Assembly (NCBI GenBank): GCA_035084275.1
Contig: CM068761.1
Span: 8,308,001-8,372,000 of the forward strand
DNA: 64,000 bases
Direction: 5' to 3'
Source of the DNA: Hydrolagus colliei
Taxonomy: Eukaryota
Shown here: in pieces, positions 61,136-64,000 of the stretch
Numbering within the stretch: the stretch's first letter is position 1
How the letters are laid out: each line of letters opens with the position of its first letter
Notes under the pieces: model-generated
Told to the model about the DNA's origin: nothing
Database searches by the model: none
What the model saw: only the letters and a program-made list of their open reading frames with translations
Translations under genes and position numbers: made by a program

Positions 61136-64000
61136 CAAAGTTTCAGTGAAATGTATTCTCATGTAAACACATCAGTCAATTTACACAGCAACGTCACTCA
61201 AACAGCCATGAAATACAGTAAACTCCTCACATTTTTCTAAGGGAAAAGAGCTTAATGACTCCATATTTGGGTTAACAATGTAGGCTTGAGATCTTCGCTG
61301 CCACTATGGGGTGCTGTGACTAGGAGGCCTGCCTGTGTAACAGAGCAGCTTTGGACCCCACAACTATCAAGTGTATTTGTTCAAACTCATTTGAGTACAG
61401 TGTAAGTTTATGTATAAGCATTTGTGTTTTTGGGTAAGCATTTTCTTCATTTTCTTCATTTGTACCTGAATTACTCAGACTTTCATAATCAGACAGAACC
61501 TTACAGAACCTCCAGGTCTAAAATTTCTACTCAGAACCTTTTCCAATGGAAAAATAGTGCTCATTGTATCAAAACAGATTACGCCAAGGCTGGCTGAAGA
61601 CAACATTTTCCCTCTAGCCAACTCATTACTAGATTTCACTTGAATGGCTCTGGCTGCATTGTGGCTAATTGAACAGTGCAGATATGTTTGATCCAGTGAT
61701 ATATCCGGTATTTTTACTTACTGGGATATGTAGAATGTGACTTTATATGTTATGAATGAGTGCTGAAATAGAGAGGAATCCCTTATTCACATTTTGCATG
61801 GCAAGCAGCTAGTATATTGACAGCATGATGATATAAGGTCTCAATATCAGGAATTCACTTCATATCTGGATACTAAGAGAAACACTCTCCTTTTCTTTGA
61901 ATGACGGCGAGGGATATTTAACATCTAACTGAAGGTTTGGGTTGCATGTCTTATCTGAAGAAAAGAACATCTAACAATACAGTACCAGATTCACCCAATA
62001 TTACACTGGCTTGTATTTTGCACAAATAGAACAGAAGCAACTTGAGTACCTTTCACCAAGCTATCTGTAGAGGGCGCTGTCACACTTGAAATGTACAGTA
62101 ATTGACTTCTGGCTGTTCCAAAGCAGCATTTATGAATTAATCAAACTTGCATTTTATAACAATGGCAATTAGAGTCCTGTAGCATAATGGTTAGTGTGTC
62201 AGTGCCTTGGGATGTCCTCCCGATGTGAAAGACGCCAGACAAATGTAATTTTGTTGCTGCTGTTTGCTTCACACATTGAGAGGACCCAGGTTCGATTCCC
62301 GAGCAGGGCGAAACAGACAAGTTTCCTTATTCCACATATTTCTGTTTGCCTAGCAGTAATTAGGAACCTGGATGTTAGTTGATTGGCAGATTGCTTTCCA
62401 GGGGGTAATAATTATTTTCCCCTAAAATAAATATTAAGAATAATTTGGTCACTCTATCCATGATTATTTTTGGGGTACTGCTGTGCACAGTTGGCTGCCA
62501 TGTTTTGCCACCAAAACACAGTAAATCAACTTTGCAGTATATTGTGTACTGTAAAGTGTACCATATACCTAACTGTTACTTGACATATATCTGACAATCC
62601 CTGACTGTTCAGGGCCTTGTGCTTTTCCAATATAGTTTTGTATATCCTGTGAAGCGCTTTGAGATGGGTCAGTGATGTGATAAGGCTTTATATAAAATGC
62701 AACGTTTATTATTATCTTAAGTGAAAAGGATGGCACTTGTGACAATAATACCTCTGGATCAGTTGGTAGGAATTTTATCTGTATCAGAATGCCAAGATAG
62801 AGTAACTGTTAACTTTGTGCTCACTCTCAAGTTAGGTGCTGAGAACAATAAGAACAACAAAATGACATTTATGGGAAGATATTACAAGGCACTGAACAAT
62901 CAGGGTTCAGGACCCGAGCATGGTGGTGAGGGGGCTTGGGGTGGGGGTGGAGGTGTGTGGAGGGGCTGTGTTGGGATGAGGGAGGACAGAGAGTTAGGAT
63001 GGCGGCTTAAGGCATGGTTGAAGAGTGAGGGCTGCAGAAGCCTGAGGATTGAGGCAGTGGGGGAGGGGGGGAGGGGCGATGTTGCAGAGGTAGTGGATGG
63101 CGGTGCCTTCAGATAACAGTTGCATTGTCACAGCTGCCATTTTACAAATGAGCTGTAAAGACCACTGCTTAATTTTCCTATTCTTGTGGATGTTAAAGGA
63201 CTATAAAAAAAATGGTAAATCTAGATCAGCCAGAGATAAATTCAAATTAATGGGCAATATAGGCAGGTGGAGCAAAATAGCACAAGTACGATAACCAGCA
63301 AGAACGATTAAAGAGTTTAAACTGAAACAAAATGAAGCCATTTCCTGGAAATTAAAAGTTAGATGCAGTGAAGGGAACTTTTCAGATATTGAATGCATAC
63401 GTTGGATGGACCAATGATCTACTTCTGTCTAAAACTGTTACTATTTTTACTGCAGCTGAGAAGGTTAAAGTTTCACTTCCTCAAAACCATAGGATTGCAT
63501 AGCAGAAGGAGGCAAATGACTCCTTTGTATTTAGTGTGCATGTTTTCTCTTCCAATAAAGCTACAGCTTGTATATCGTGGTCCCAATTCATGATTATGAA
63601 AATTTATGATTAGAAATTAATAATAGATTGTTCATGCTACTCGCTCAGCGCTTATTTGTGTGACTATGTATCATAGTCACACAAATAATTCCAAGTGAGA
63701 TCGGAAAATGAACACAGAGTACTTGTGATTCACTATATTGTCTATTCACAGTGCAGCTGACCAGTTTCAGCTTTCTGAAACTCGCAGCGACTGTGTCAGA
63801 CGGACTGTCCCGCCTGAAATCTGGGCGGAAACAGCTTGATTTGGACAGATAATGTATTGCAAATGGGTAACTGTAATAGCTTCTTGTAGCACCCATTTAG
63901 CAAAGGTTTCCTGTTGGCAAGACACAGATTTGAATAACAACGTGGCCCAAAGAGATCTTCATTCAACCTGCAATACATGCAAGCGCTCAGCCAAGGCTCT

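Overview
Vertebrate genomic DNA, most likely a cartilaginous fish, possibly a chimaera (inferred from the DeuSINE/L2/CR1/Penelope-like repeats, compact introns and germline-joined Ig light chain). On the + strand are the 3' two-thirds of paxillin (PXN), including large alternative exons of the long isoform with two apparent GC-AG introns, and then a complete RPLP0 gene (TOP exon 1 plus 7 coding exons, 314 aa). In human, GCN1 follows RPLP0 directly. Here the remaining ~34 kb instead holds two tandem, non-rearranging VJ-type immunoglobulin-superfamily genes on the - strand. The first is an NKp30/NCR3-like receptor: leader, pre-joined VJ domain, an Arg-bearing TM exon, and candidate cytoplasmic exons including an ITIM-like exon whose phase is unresolved. 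The second is a complete germline-joined lambda-like light chain (L-VJ-C) with an octamer promoter and no RSS. Between them lie a RUNX/ETS/PU.1 motif cluster, a 2.1 kb TIR element carrying an RTE fragment, and a ~650 bp block duplicated 3' of both VJ exons. The rest is nested SINEs, LINEs and DNA transposons, plus one 128-nt assembly gap. All calls were made by eye; no searches were run.
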